Shown: piece after piece, positions 1 through 9,226 of the stretch | Layout: each line of letters starts with the position of its first letter | Numbering within the stretch: the first letter of the stretch is position 1 | Source of the DNA: Opitutales bacterium | GTDB lineage: Bacteria; Verrucomicrobiota; Verrucomicrobiia; Opitutales; JABSRG01 | Direction: 5' to 3' | DNA: 48,498 nt | NCBI GenBank assembly: GCA_049599475.1 | Contig: JBMYOQ010000022.1 | Coordinates: forward strand, 1-48,498 | Position numbers and translations under genes: made by a program | The notes under the pieces: generated by a model | Databases searched by the model: none | Seen by the model: the letters and a program-made list of their open reading frames with translations, nothing else | What the model was told of the DNA's origin: nothing

Positions 1-51
1 TGGTGCACTTTCACCCGCAAATTACTGGTGCATTTTAACCGCAAACCGACA
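1..51. mobile_element. Terminal inverted repeat of an IS21-family insertion sequence (element lies outside the window)
   Basis: Two imperfect direct repeats, TGGTGCACTTTCACCCGCAAA (1-21) and TGGTGCATTTTAACCGCAAA (26-45), at 25-bp spacing, ending in ...CCGACA (reads TGT on the minus strand). This is the typical IS21 end layout. Confidence 0.7.
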
Positions 52-156
52 CTCAAACACAAATGTTCAAAATCGGAAAATACCTGCTTCGAGTTGGGTA
101 TATATTTCCGAAACCCATCGGATCTGAACTTAGCACGAAAACGATGGAGCAACAGA

Positions 157-418
157 AATCGGTAGGCCTTTATACTCCGTGACAGCCGCAGTGGTTAGGC
201 CGAACTTCGTTAATCGGTTTGGAATGACAATCTGGAGTTTGCCAAGCCTATTAGAGGAACCACGAATGAACACGGATTCTCCGTGCTCCGGAACTGCATT
301 CGTGTTTATTCGTGCTCATTCGTGGTTAACAGAAAGCTGGTCGTCGATTTAACAAAGTAGAACTAATAGAGCTTCCCTGACTCGCATCGGCTGCCTCGGA
401 GTGCAGCCCTACCCGATT
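157..418. repeat. Degenerate GTAG-type REP inverted pair enclosing further inverted repeats
   Basis: GGTAGGCCTTTATACTCCGTGACAGCCG (161-188) pairs imperfectly with CGGCTGCCTCGGAGTGCAGCCCTACC (388-413). Inner pairs at 204-216/345-358 and 258-274/311-327. Confidence 0.6.
258..327. repeat. CACGAAT/ATTCGTG-type palindromic repeat element
   Basis: AACCACGAATGAACACG (258-274) vs CGTGCTCATTCGTGGTT (311-327), 1 mismatch in 17; three tandem ATTCGTG units at 10-bp period (298-324). Confidence 0.75.
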
Positions 419-515
419 GCGCAAATTTTAAGACAATCAGACTTTTCAGAAGCCCTTAGGATACCACTAAAGCGAGACTGTTCGCCCTACCGATGTTTTC
501 TTCCAAAGAATCGAC

Positions 516-543
516 TAGAATGAACACCACGGTGCTCATTCTA
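516..543 (-). terminator. Hairpin immediately downstream of the dnaA stop (REP-like or terminator)
   Basis: TAGAATGAACACC-AC-GGTGCTCATTCTA, 13-bp stem with 1 mismatch, 13 nt after the dnaA stop codon. Confidence 0.5.
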
Positions 544-556
544 CCAGAGATGCAGC

Positions 557-2029
557 TTAGCCCCCCTGAGCCAACTGCTTGTTCAGGTAGTCAACTGCAC
601 GCTTAACGGATTCATCCTGGTCCATCATGTTTTCGACAGTCTTGCAGGCGTGAATCACGGTGCCATGGTCGCGACCGCCAAACTGGCTACCAATTTCTTG
701 GAGCGAATGCGGCGTAAGCATACGGCTGAGGTGCATGGCGATCTGACGCGGAAAAGCGATATTTGCAGGACGGCGTTTGCTCACCATATCAGCGAGACGC
801 AAGTGATAGTAATCAGCTACGACTTTCTGGATCTTTTCGACAGTGATTTTGTTCTGAGCCTCTTCGCGAAGAATGTCTCCGAGCAAATTCTCTAGAACGT
901 CTCCATTGATAGAGCCGCGCACCAAATTTTGGTAACTCGCAACACGCGTAAGGGCACCTTCCATCCGGCGGACATTCTTGGAAACACGCTCAGCCAAGAA
1001 CTGCAACACGTGGTCCTCAAGATTGATATTCATCGACTCTGCCTTCTTGCGCAGAATCGCTACACGCGTTTCAAGGTCGGGCGCTTGGATATCCGTAACG
1101 AGTCCCCATTGGAAACGAGAAACGAGACGAGCCTCTAATTTGGAAATTTCTCCTGCTGGACGGTCGGAGGTGATGAAAATCTGTTTCTGAGACTCAAACA
1201 GTTCGTTAAAAGTATGGAAGAATTCTTCCTGAGTGCTCTCCTTGCCAGCCAGGAAATGGATGTCGTCCACCAAAAGCAGGTCGACATTCCGATAGCGGCG
1301 ACGGAACTGCACCAGCGTGTTCTCCTGAATAGAGCGGATGAACTCGTTGGTAAATTTCTCAGATGAGACGTATGCCACACGCATATTCGGATTATTGCGA
1401 ATTGCATGGTGTGCTACTGCGTGCATGAGGTGAGTCTTACCAAGACCTGTCTCACCATAGAGGAAGAGTGGGTTGTAAGAACGTCCCGGATTGCTCGCAA
1501 TCGCGATGCTCGCTGCGTGTGCAAGCTGGTTGCCTGGCCCGATCACGAAATTCTCAAAAGTGTTTTTCGGATTGAGCTGAAAGCCCGTAGTTTTCGGAGT
1601 CGATGGAGCCCTTGAGGTATCTGCCGCCTCCATAGAAGGGAGCCCACGGTCCGCGGGAATTGCGTTCGACGGTGTCATTCCTCGGACTGCACGATCTGAT
1701 TGAGACAAGCTGCCATCGATGCCATGCCCACCTTTCAGATCTTCAGTAGATTCTTCAGAGTCACCGGACCCTGCGTCCAAGACTTTAAGTTGTACCTTTA
1801 ACGTACGTCCTGCAGCCAAGGAGGCGTGTTGTGTCAAAAGATCGAGATAGTTATCCTGGACCCAAAATGAGGCGAAATCGTTGGGTACAGTCAGGATAAG
1901 AGCTTCGTCAGAAAGCCCCTCGCAGCCCATAGGCTCGAACCACATTTGGAAAACATCTGCGGGGAATATATTTTTCAGCTCGTGGAGGATGGATTCCCAG
2001 AGAGCTGAAGGCGTAGAAATTGAGGACAT
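557..2029 (-). CDS. dnaA: Chromosomal replication initiator DnaA
   Basis: [17 protein letters not shown]alker [11 protein letters not shown]alker B, SRFQWGL, C-terminal [19 protein letters not shown]-binding signature. Confidence 0.99.
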   Translation of the reverse strand: MSSISTPSALWESILHELKNIFPADVFQMWFEPMGCEGLSDEALILTVPNDFASFWVQDNYLDLLTQHASLAAGRTLKVQLKVLDAGSGDSEESTEDLKGGHGIDGSLSQSDRAVRGMTPSNAIPADRGLPSMEAADTSRAPSTPKTTGFQLNPKNTFENFVIGPGNQLAHAASIAIASNPGRSYNPLFLYGETGLGKTHLMHAVAHHAIRNNPNMRVAYVSSEKFTNEFIRSIQENTLVQFRRRYRNVDLLLVDDIHFLAGKESTQEEFFHTFNELFESQKQIFITSDRPAGEISKLEARLVSRFQWGLVTDIQAPDLETRVAILRKKAESMNINLEDHVLQFLAERVSKNVRRMEGALTRVASYQNLVRGSINGDVLENLLGDILREEAQNKITVEKIQKVVADYYHLRLADMVSKRRPANIAFPRQIAMHLSRMLTPHSLQEIGSQFGGRDHGTVIHACKTVENMMDQDESVKRAVDYLNKQLAQGG

Positions 2030-2698
2030 TTAAGGATCGGGTGTTGTTACAAAGATTATTCACACGGATACAGCATCTAATAGTGTATCCTTTTTGAGTC
2101 AGAACCTGGCTCGCTCGATTAGAACTTAGCGTTCGCAAAAAATTTAGAGCAGAGATGAGAAATTATATTAAATGGAATGTAAAAAGTCATAAGTGGCTGA
2201 AATTGAATGAGTAAAGTTTTTTGGGCAGGGCGCTTATTGCGAAGCCATTATCATCGGGAAAAAGCGGATGCATTCGCCGAGAATTAAGGACATCATTTAT
2301 TCAAAAAATCCCTAGCGAAAAATCATGTTTTCAAGCGGAAGTTCTCCCCAAGTTATTCACATCGCCCTGAGAGTATCTTCTTCTCCAAAAAGTCATCGAA
2401 TTCACTCGTCTGTCACAATTCTCTAGGTCCCTGAAAATAGGGCATTTGGGTGTTTTCTGCCCTTCTCCGGAAATTTCACGAGTCATCTTTCGGTAGAAAA
2501 ATCTGACAAGCTGGCATGGAAATATTTTTCCTAATAAGGCCTTATCAAAGGGTTATTTTTTCGCCTGCTTAACAACAAAAAATTGGCAAGCCCTTTCGTT
2601 ACAAATTCGTGCTTTTTTTCTCAGAATGCCGTCAATTCAGTGACAGTGCGGAAACGCTGCTGAAACAAATACCGTAACGTAGTTTTTCTCAGGACGGA
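2030..2698. promoter_or_regulatory. Probable oriC / dnaA promoter region with DnaA boxes
   Basis: 669-bp AT-rich non-coding gap. TTATTCACA at 2056-2064 and 2353-2361; degenerate boxes at 2297-2305, 2342-2350, 2381-2389, 2569-2577; AT-rich tract at about 2160-2193. Confidence 0.65.
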
Positions 2699-3655
2699 TC
2701 AAACTTGCTGAGCCATGTGCTCGATCAGGCGTTTATTAAATTCCTGAGCCGAGTCGTGCCCCATCGCGCGAAGTGCTTGTACCATGGTGGCCACTTCAAC
2801 GAGTCGCGCCATATCCCGCCCAGGTCTGACTGGGATCTCCATGTGCGGCACCTGCATCCCAAGAATATCCACAGTATCATGCTCAAGCCCGGTGCGATCT
2901 TCGTTCATCCCTTGCTTGAACTCCACAAAGTTCACAATCAAGTCGAGCCGTTTGGCTGGCCTTACAGCACGTACCCCGAAAAGGTCTGCTATATTAATAA
3001 TCCCAATACCTCGACACTCCATGTAGCCGCGATTGAGCTCTGCGCTAGTGCCCACTAGCTCACGATCCCCTACGAGTTTCAAGTATGTCAAATCGTCGGC
3101 GACCAGACTGTGCCCACGCTCGATGAGCGCGAGAGCGCACTCACTTTTACCAATTCCACTCTGCCCGCGTAAGAGTACTCCAATTCCTCGCACGTCCATG
3201 AGGGTGCCATGTAGAGTGGTTCTCGGAGCAAGCTTTTCTTCGAGAAGAACGGTCGCTTCTGTAGTGAAATTCTTAGACTTAACTGGGGTGCGGATCAGCG
3301 GAATATTTTCCTCTTCACAGACCTGGATCATTGCCCGCGTCGGCATCAACTGTCGCGAGACCACAACACAAGGCACATCGGACTGAGCAATGAGTCGCAT
3401 GGATTGCAATTGTTTCTCCGGAGCCGAGTCACGAATGAAGGCCATTTCCCCCGCACCAAAAAGTTGGATACGTTTGTAGGCGAAGTACTTAGAGTATCCC
3501 GTGAGCGCCAAAGAGGGACGGTTGATACTCTTCTCCCTGACCACCCGGTGCATGCCTTCAGCACCGGCAACCAAGTGCATGTCCAGGGCGTCCTTAAATT
3601 CGTCGTAAAAGTCCTGAACCGGGAGGCTCTCAATCACTGAAGTGCGTATGCTCAT
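2699..3655 (-). CDS. hprK: HPr(Ser) kinase/phosphorylase
   Basis: [60 protein letters not shown] motifs. Confidence 0.97.
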   Translation of the reverse strand: MSIRTSVIESLPVQDFYDEFKDALDMHLVAGAEGMHRVVREKSINRPSLALTGYSKYFAYKRIQLFGAGEMAFIRDSAPEKQLQSMRLIAQSDVPCVVVSRQLMPTRAMIQVCEEENIPLIRTPVKSKNFTTEATVLLEEKLAPRTTLHGTLMDVRGIGVLLRGQSGIGKSECALALIERGHSLVADDLTYLKLVGDRELVGTSAELNRGYMECRGIGIINIADLFGVRAVRPAKRLDLIVNFVEFKQGMNEDRTGLEHDTVDILGMQVPHMEIPVRPGRDMARLVEVATMVQALRAMGHDSAQEFNKRLIEHMAQQV

Positions 3656-3683
3656 TTGGAATTCGAAATTTTAGGGATTGGGG

Positions 3684-4454
3684 TCACATGGCGAAGTCTT
3701 CGCCCAGGTAGAACTTCCGACTATCAGGATCTGAGACGAGAAACTCGCTGGTGCCCTGGCTCAATATTTTTCCATCAAATAATAAATAGGCGCGATCCAC
3801 GATCGTGAGCGTCTCTCGGACATTGTGGTCAGTAATGAGAATACTGATTCCTGTCTGCTTAAGATCTCTGATGGTTTCTTGTAGTTCGCTCACACTAATG
3901 GGATCCACGCCGCTGAAAGGTTCATCCATTAATATAAACTGCGGGTCCATCACCAAAGAGCGGGCAATTTCCAGACGGCGACGCTCTCCACCACTCAAGG
4001 TGTAGGCTTTTTGTGTGACCACATCTTTTAGACGCATCCGCTCCAGAACGGCATCGATTTTCTCATTCCGCGCAGCTTTTTTCAGCGGAAGCAACTCCGC
4101 CACAGCCTTCACATTATCGCGCACAGACATCTTGGTAAAAATAGAGGCCTCCTGGGGAAGATAGCCAATGCCCCGCCGTGCTCTACGGTGCAGGGGCTCG
4201 GGAGTAATGTTTTGCCCATCTAAATGCACGGTGCCGGCACTCGATTTTACGAGTCCGACGATCATATAGAAGGTAGTCGTTTTTCCCGCTCCGTTGGGTC
4301 CGAGTAATCCGACGATCTCTCCCCGGCCCACATCGAGGTCTACACCTTTGACCACCGAGCGCTTTCCATAAATTTTCTCAAGGCCCCGGGCAGATATACC
4401 GCCCTCGCTGACCGCCTTAGAATCTGTTATTTCTGGAGAGGTTGAAGCACTCAT
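3684..4454 (-). CDS. lptB: LPS export ABC transporter ATP-binding protein
   Basis: GLLGPNGAGKTTTFYMIVG, GYLPQEASIF, LSGGERRRLEIAR, DEPFSGVDP, TDHNVRETL; follows lptA/lptC-like genes. Confidence 0.96.
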   Translation of the reverse strand: MSASTSPEITDSKAVSEGGISARGLEKIYGKRSVVKGVDLDVGRGEIVGLLGPNGAGKTTTFYMIVGLVKSSAGTVHLDGQNITPEPLHRRARRGIGYLPQEASIFTKMSVRDNVKAVAELLPLKKAARNEKIDAVLERMRLKDVVTQKAYTLSGGERRRLEIARSLVMDPQFILMDEPFSGVDPISVSELQETIRDLKQTGISILITDHNVRETLTIVDRAYLLFDGKILSQGTSEFLVSDPDSRKFYLGEDFAM

Positions 4455-5047
4455 GGATTCGTAGCAGGTTCCTCCTCTTCGCTCGGGGCTTCGGGATCAA
4501 TTATTTTATCTAGATCCACGCCAAGGTCTTCCATCGGCGGCAAAATCACACGGGCACGCGTCCCGTCATCAGCAGGCTCTACGATTGCCTGCCGCTTCCC
4601 ACGCTCCAACTTGATACTTTTCCCTGTCACCACGGCTCCCGATGAGTCGACAAATCTAGGATTGTCGCTCACCTCGAGGTATCCTTCCTTCGGGAAAATC
4701 TTAGCCAGTCCGCCCTCCACGAGACGGCCCTCTTGCTCGATGCGCACATTCCCCTTAGCAATAAGAGATTTAATTCCACCGATCTGCCCAATCAATCCAT
4801 CATCTTCACCGGAGGATTTTTTTCGCAGGGCGATCAGCTCCATCTCGTCGCAACGTGCCTTTAGATTAGTACCCGTTATTGTCACATTCCCTAGGAAGCG
4901 AAATACGTTTTGTTCGGCACCGCCTTCGAGCACGACCCGGTCACTATCAATGATTGTGCGCTCCAAAGGAGCATTTTGCGCAAAAACCGAAATCCCGATC
5001 GAGAAGGTCAGCGCCACACGCAGAAAAAATGAAGTCAGTTCAGTCAC
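4451..5047 (-). CDS. lptA: LptA/OstA-family periplasmic LPS transport protein
   Basis: Signal peptide; beta-jellyroll motifs FLGNVTI, LIAKGNVRIEQ, VVTGKSI; 4-bp overlap with lptB. Confidence 0.82.
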   Translation of the reverse strand: MTELTSFFLRVALTFSIGISVFAQNAPLERTIIDSDRVVLEGGAEQNVFRFLGNVTITGTNLKARCDEMELIALRKKSSGEDDGLIGQIGGIKSLIAKGNVRIEQEGRLVEGGLAKIFPKEGYLEVSDNPRFVDSSGAVVTGKSIKLERGKRQAIVEPADDGTRARVILPPMEDLGVDLDKIIDPEAPSEEEEPATNP

Positions 5048-5487
5048 TTTAGTAGATTTGAAAGGGAAAGATTAAACATTACACGGACGTCCTCTTCGAT
5101 CACTAAACGATCTGACTGGGCATCCCATTGCCATTGCTCGCCCGAAATTACGAATTCATCAGAGACGCCGTAGACCGAGCCAGATCCCAGAGCTCGTTCT
5201 TCTTCGAGAAAGACAGACGCACGCTTACTCCGCATTTGGAAAATTTCTTTAGGCGCATCATCGTCAGAGAAAACCCGGAGAAGCACCCCAGTCACATCTA
5301 CCTGTTCCTTGCTCACATACGTACCGGTATCTCCGCTCAGATCCCATTCAAGGCGCCCATTTTCTCCAAATTTGGGAAGGCGGAAATCTCGAATAGGTGC
5401 ACTCGACTCGATCTGCCCTAGAGGTGAATGAGCCGCGAACACAAAAAGGCCAAGAAGCGTCGCTATATGTCTGAAAGTCAGGCTCAT
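5044..5487 (-). CDS. lptC: LptC-like LPS export protein (start trimmed to ATG 5487)
   Basis: N-terminal hydrophobic segment, beta-rich LEWDLSG...ISGEQWQWD...LVIEEDVRV pattern; directly upstream of lptA. Confidence 0.7.
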   Translation of the reverse strand: MSLTFRHIATLLGLFVFAAHSPLGQIESSAPIRDFRLPKFGENGRLEWDLSGDTGTYVSKEQVDVTGVLLRVFSDDDAPKEIFQMRSKRASVFLEEERALGSGSVYGVSDEFVISGEQWQWDAQSDRLVIEEDVRVMFNLSLSNLLK

Positions 5488-5603
5488 GGATTGAAGGGTG
5501 ACATAGTGACGGCATTCAAGATCCTCTGCCAATGAAGAAAAGTCGGAGACTCGGCAATTTGTGGCATTGATCCGATCCATTTACACCGCTTTATCAATTA
5601 GAC

Positions 5604-5873
5604 ATGTTCAAGCTCCTTTGGTCTGCATTCAAATACGGCGTGCTGCTTCCCATTCTTCTGGTCGTCCTTTATTTCGGACTCATGCAGCCGCTTAGCAAGC
5701 GATTGAGCCTCATGGAACTTTCAGAAACGGCCGTTGACGGCACCAGCGCTTTTTCTGCTTTTGGAGATTTCTTAGCCGAGCGAATTACTCTCTATCGCAA
5801 TTACTATAATATTTGGCTTCCCGAAGATAAACATATTCAACCGGTCAAAAAAGAAGACGATAAATCGATCTAG
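5604..5873 (+). CDS. Small membrane-anchored hypothetical protein
   Basis: ATG start, N-terminal TM helix, fills the gap between lptC and mscS. Confidence 0.7.
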   Translation: MFKLLWSAFKYGVLLPILLVVLYFGLMQPLSKRLSLMELSETAVDGTSAFSAFGDFLAERITLYRNYYNIWLPEDKHIQPVKKEDDKSI

Positions 5874-5913
5874 GTTAATGGCCACCCCTTGATTCAACCG
5901 ACTGCTCCCTCAA

Positions 5914-7179
5914 ATGATAGATACCCTTTCCAAATTCCTACAAAACACACTGGGCCTTAGTTTCGACCAGGCCGAACTGACTGCACAGCTCACCGGCATT
6001 CTCGTCCTTGTGATGCTCGCCATCCTCGCAAACGGGATCGCAAAGCATTTTATCAAATCCACAGTTTCCAAACTCATTGCGAAGACCCGAACGGAATGGG
6101 ATGATTTGATCCTGGAAAAAGGGGTCCTCACCCGGCTGTCCCATGTGGTCCCCCTGATCGTGGTATCTTTCGCACAGGAACTCGTCCTAAGACCAGATTC
6201 CTCGATCACACCGATCTTTGAGAAAGTCACAAACGTATATTCTATCGTAGTGGTCCTGCTCGTAATCGATGCCCTTCTCAATGTAGGGGTCGTTGCCTAT
6301 GATCGCATTAGCTCTACGCGCAAGATCCCGCTGAAAGGATTCGTTCAGGCTGTAAAACTCGTCTTCAACAGCATCGGCCTAATTTTTATCGTCGCGACCC
6401 TCCTCGATAAGTCTGCAACGATCTTGGTATCTGGTCTCGGCGCTATGACTGCGGTCCTGCTCCTGATCTTCCGAGATCCGATCATGGGGCTCGTCGCAGG
6501 CATTCAGCTCTCGGTAAACAATATGGTGAAAGTGGGCGACTGGATCGAGATGTCTCAAAAAGGTGCCGACGGCGATGTTATCGACGTCTCGCTCACCACG
6601 GTGAAAGTCCGCAATTGGGATAAGACGATTACAACAATCCCGACGCATGCCCTTATCGCCGAATCTTTCAAAAACTGGCGCGGGATGAAAGAAACGGGCG
6701 GCCGCCGTATCAAGCGCAACATCCACATCGATATGGCGACAGTCCGATTTCTCGACCAGGCCGCCATTGAGAAATTTCTTAAATTCGCTCCGCTCTCTGA
6801 ACATTTATCCAAAAAGATTCCCGAACTCCGCGAACACAATGAGCGTCTCAAGCTAGATGATACATCTCCTAAGGCCAATGGACGCAGCCTCACAAATATC
6901 GGGCTTTTCCGCGCCTACTGCGAAGCCTGGTTGCGTGCAAAACCCGAAATTCACCCCGATCTGACCTTCCTCGTGCGCCAACTACAGCCGACTGAGCACG
7001 GTCTACCAATTGAAATTTACGTGTTCACCAAGACAACCGTATGGGCTGAATACGAAGGCATCCAAGCCGACATTTTCGATCATCTACTCTCGGTCCTCCC
7101 AGAGTTTGGGCTAAGCGTTTACCAAAACCCCAGCAGCCAGGATGTCTCCAAATATCTGACATCCGCAACAGCTTCTTAA
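5914..7179 (+). CDS. Mechanosensitive channel, MscS family (YbdG-like)
   Basis: SGLGAMTAVLLLIFRDPIMGLVAGIQL, GDWIEM, VKVRNWDKTITTIPT, FKNWRGM..GGRRIKR, YEGIQADIFDH. Confidence 0.93.
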   Translation: MIDTLSKFLQNTLGLSFDQAELTAQLTGILVLVMLAILANGIAKHFIKSTVSKLIAKTRTEWDDLILEKGVLTRLSHVVPLIVVSFAQELVLRPDSSITPIFEKVTNVYSIVVVLLVIDALLNVGVVAYDRISSTRKIPLKGFVQAVKLVFNSIGLIFIVATLLDKSATILVSGLGAMTAVLLLIFRDPIMGLVAGIQLSVNNMVKVGDWIEMSQKGADGDVIDVSLTTVKVRNWDKTITTIPTHALIAESFKNWRGMKETGGRRIKRNIHIDMATVRFLDQAAIEKFLKFAPLSEHLSKKIPELREHNERLKLDDTSPKANGRSLTNIGLFRAYCEAWLRAKPEIHPDLTFLVRQLQPTEHGLPIEIYVFTKTTVWAEYEGIQADIFDHLLSVLPEFGLSVYQNPSSQDVSKYLTSATAS

Positions 7180-7273
7180 ACACCCGTAACGCTTAGCCTT
7201 CGAGAAAACTCCTGACGTAGCTTAAAGGTTCACCGCTAATTCTTTGAGAACACCCTCAAAAACCCGACAATTT

Positions 7274-7675
7274 TTAGGGCATTTTCAGTTTAGCGGCCTC
7301 GAGTTCGTCTGCATACTCGGATCCGCCTCCCTTTTTATAGGCATCTATATCTTTATTGATATCATTGATCCTAACCTGCAGGGCCGCTTTCCCTTTGGCA
7401 TCCAGGCAATTGTTGCCGACTACTTTATTGATCTCGTCCTGGGCCTTTTTCAGGCAGTCCAAAATCTGGGTCTTGGTGCCGCGATTTGAAGTAATCAAGC
7501 TACTGCAATCCCTCACCAGCTTCTTCGCGCCAGTTACAATCGCCAAGCATTTCGTACTGCTGACGGCAGACAATACGATGGATGCCAAAATAGCCACGAT
7601 CGCGAGAACGACCATCAGCTCGACCAGCGTGAATCCCCGTTTGACCCGTCTCATTATAGAATTCTCAGGCTTCAT
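7274..7675 (-). CDS. Prepilin-type (class III signal peptide) protein with a 4-Cys helical domain
   Basis: RRVKRG|FTLVELMVVLAIVAILASIVL N-methyl-Phe cleavage motif. Confidence 0.85.
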   Translation of the reverse strand: MKPENSIMRRVKRGFTLVELMVVLAIVAILASIVLSAVSSTKCLAIVTGAKKLVRDCSSLITSNRGTKTQILDCLKKAQDEINKVVGNNCLDAKGKAALQVRINDINKDIDAYKKGGGSEYADELEAAKLKMP

Positions 7676-7857
7676 AGCAGATCATTCAACAGGGTTATAA
7701 TAGCAACGATCCCTGCGCCAACCGAAGTAGCTAGAGATAAGGCCTTCACCAAAGAACGGTTAATCAACGGGCTTTCAACTTTCTCGGAGACCAAAACAGT
7801 AAGCACCGAAACCTGAATGCAGAGAATACAGAGAAGGTAATTCGTAAAAACGTCCAT
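7672..7857 (-). CDS. 61-aa two-TM hypothetical protein translationally coupled to the pilin-like gene
   Basis: Two hydrophobic segments; ATGA overlap with the downstream start. Confidence 0.6.
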   Translation of the reverse strand: MDVFTNYLLCILCIQVSVLTVLVSEKVESPLINRSLVKALSLATSVGAGIVAIITLLNDLL

Positions 7858-7881
7858 GATGAGCAGCTAAAGATCGTTTAC

Positions 7882-8538
7882 CTAGAAGCGCTTATCCCGT
7901 TTCACAGGACCCCGCTCAATCTCTTCGCGGCCAATCTCGCGCACATTCAAAACAGTTATCGGCTCTACCGGAACATCCTGCATGCCCTTTTGCACGGAGA
8001 CAGGCAATACCGCGATCGCGTCGACAATTTCCATTCCCTTAAGCACGCGACCAAAGACCGTGTATCCATAATTCCGGACACCGTGGTCGAGAATTTCGTT
8101 ATCCGCTAAGTTAAAATAGAATTGTGAACTCGCACTGTCTTTATCATTCGTCCGCGCCATCGCGATCGTTCCGCGCTCATTCCTTAGACCGTTGGACGCC
8201 TCATTCAAAATAGGCTCCCGCGTCGGCTTTTCTTGAAGATCCGCAGTAAGGCCGCCGCCTTGGACAATGAAACCGTCGATCACGCGGTGAAAAATGGTAT
8301 TGTCGTAATGATCATCACGAACGTATTGCAAAAAGTTTTCTACAGTGATCGGCGCATAGTTCCGAAAGAGCTCTACTTCGATCGGCCCCATCGTAGTCAA
8401 AATCTCAACCGTGACTTTGACCTCCGGCAACCGGTCCTGGAAATTACTACGATTAATCGGACGCTCTACCTTGGTACATGCTCCGAATAAAAATACCAGG
8501 ACAGCCGATAATGCGAGGAAGCGGAGACTAAAAATCAT
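7882..8538 (-). CDS. ppiA: Cyclophilin-type peptidyl-prolyl isomerase, probable lipoprotein (start trimmed)
   Basis: APITVENFLQY, FHRVIDGFIVQGGG, GTIAMART, SQFYFN, YTVFGRV; lipobox LFGAC. Confidence 0.93.
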   Translation of the reverse strand: MIFSLRFLALSAVLVFLFGACTKVERPINRSNFQDRLPEVKVTVEILTTMGPIEVELFRNYAPITVENFLQYVRDDHYDNTIFHRVIDGFIVQGGGLTADLQEKPTREPILNEASNGLRNERGTIAMARTNDKDSASSQFYFNLADNEILDHGVRNYGYTVFGRVLKGMEIVDAIAVLPVSVQKGMQDVPVEPITVLNVREIGREEIERGPVKRDKRF

Positions 8539-8569
8539 ATGACGACCCATGCGCGCCGGATCACAGATG

Positions 8570-9226
8570 TCAATCCTTGGTCGAGCTCTTATAAAGGGTA
8601 GACGCACAGACACCCCGAGCCACGGATTCTCGCACGACCTGCCCAAATCCTGACTCACGCATGATGTGTGCGACATCATAAACGCGCCGTGCCTGAATCC
8701 CCGTAATAAAACCAAAGAATCCGTAGAGGACTCTCAGGCGCAACCATCGTAAACCCAAACCGCTCGGCTCCACAAAATCGCCAATCCAGACCCATCCACC
8801 AGGCACCACGGTAGCCAACCATCGCGGTAAATGCGCCTTCAGTGTTTCAGCATCAAAACAATCGAGAAAACAGTGTAGCACTAGGCCATCCACCAAATCG
8901 CGCTCAAATGTCCATTGAAGCGCATCAGCGCAGACAAACTCAACGCGCCGCAATTCATCTCCATTCAAACGAGTTCGAGCACGCTCAAGCATCTTCTCGC
9001 TCATATCCACCACCGTAAATCGCGCATTCGGCAGCCGGCCCATTGCAGCCTTCAAAAACCGCCCATCCCCTTCTCCTAGGATTAAAATCTTACGAGCCCG
9101 TTGAAGCTCCGGTTTCTCAAGAAAACAGAGACGCATCTGCTCCAGACCATCCCCCATCCAAAGACGCTCAAGCAACCGGTAGACTGCAGTGAGCCGCCCA
9201 AATCGATCTTTGGCAGCCCTGCTCAC
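8570..9226 (-). CDS. Class I SAM-dependent methyltransferase
   Basis: ILILGEGDGRFL motif I, VVDMSEKML, HCFLDCF, VVPGGWVWIGDF. Confidence 0.88.
   Translation of the reverse strand: MSRAAKDRFGRLTAVYRLLERLWMGDGLEQMRLCFLEKPELQRARKILILGEGDGRFLKAAMGRLPNARFTVVDMSEKMLERARTRLNGDELRRVEFVCADALQWTFERDLVDGLVLHCFLDCFDAETLKAHLPRWLATVVPGGWVWIGDFVEPSGLGLRWLRLRVLYGFFGFITGIQARRVYDVAHIMRESGFGQVVRESVARGVCASTLYKSSTKD

Noticed and set aside
1..45. Short direct repeats as a CRISPR array
   Set aside because: Only two copies with a 4-nt gap and no cas genes; fits an IS21 end better.
8539..8715. N-terminal extension of the cyclophilin ORF
   Set aside because: It overlaps the methyltransferase; the lipoprotein signal begins at ATG 8538.
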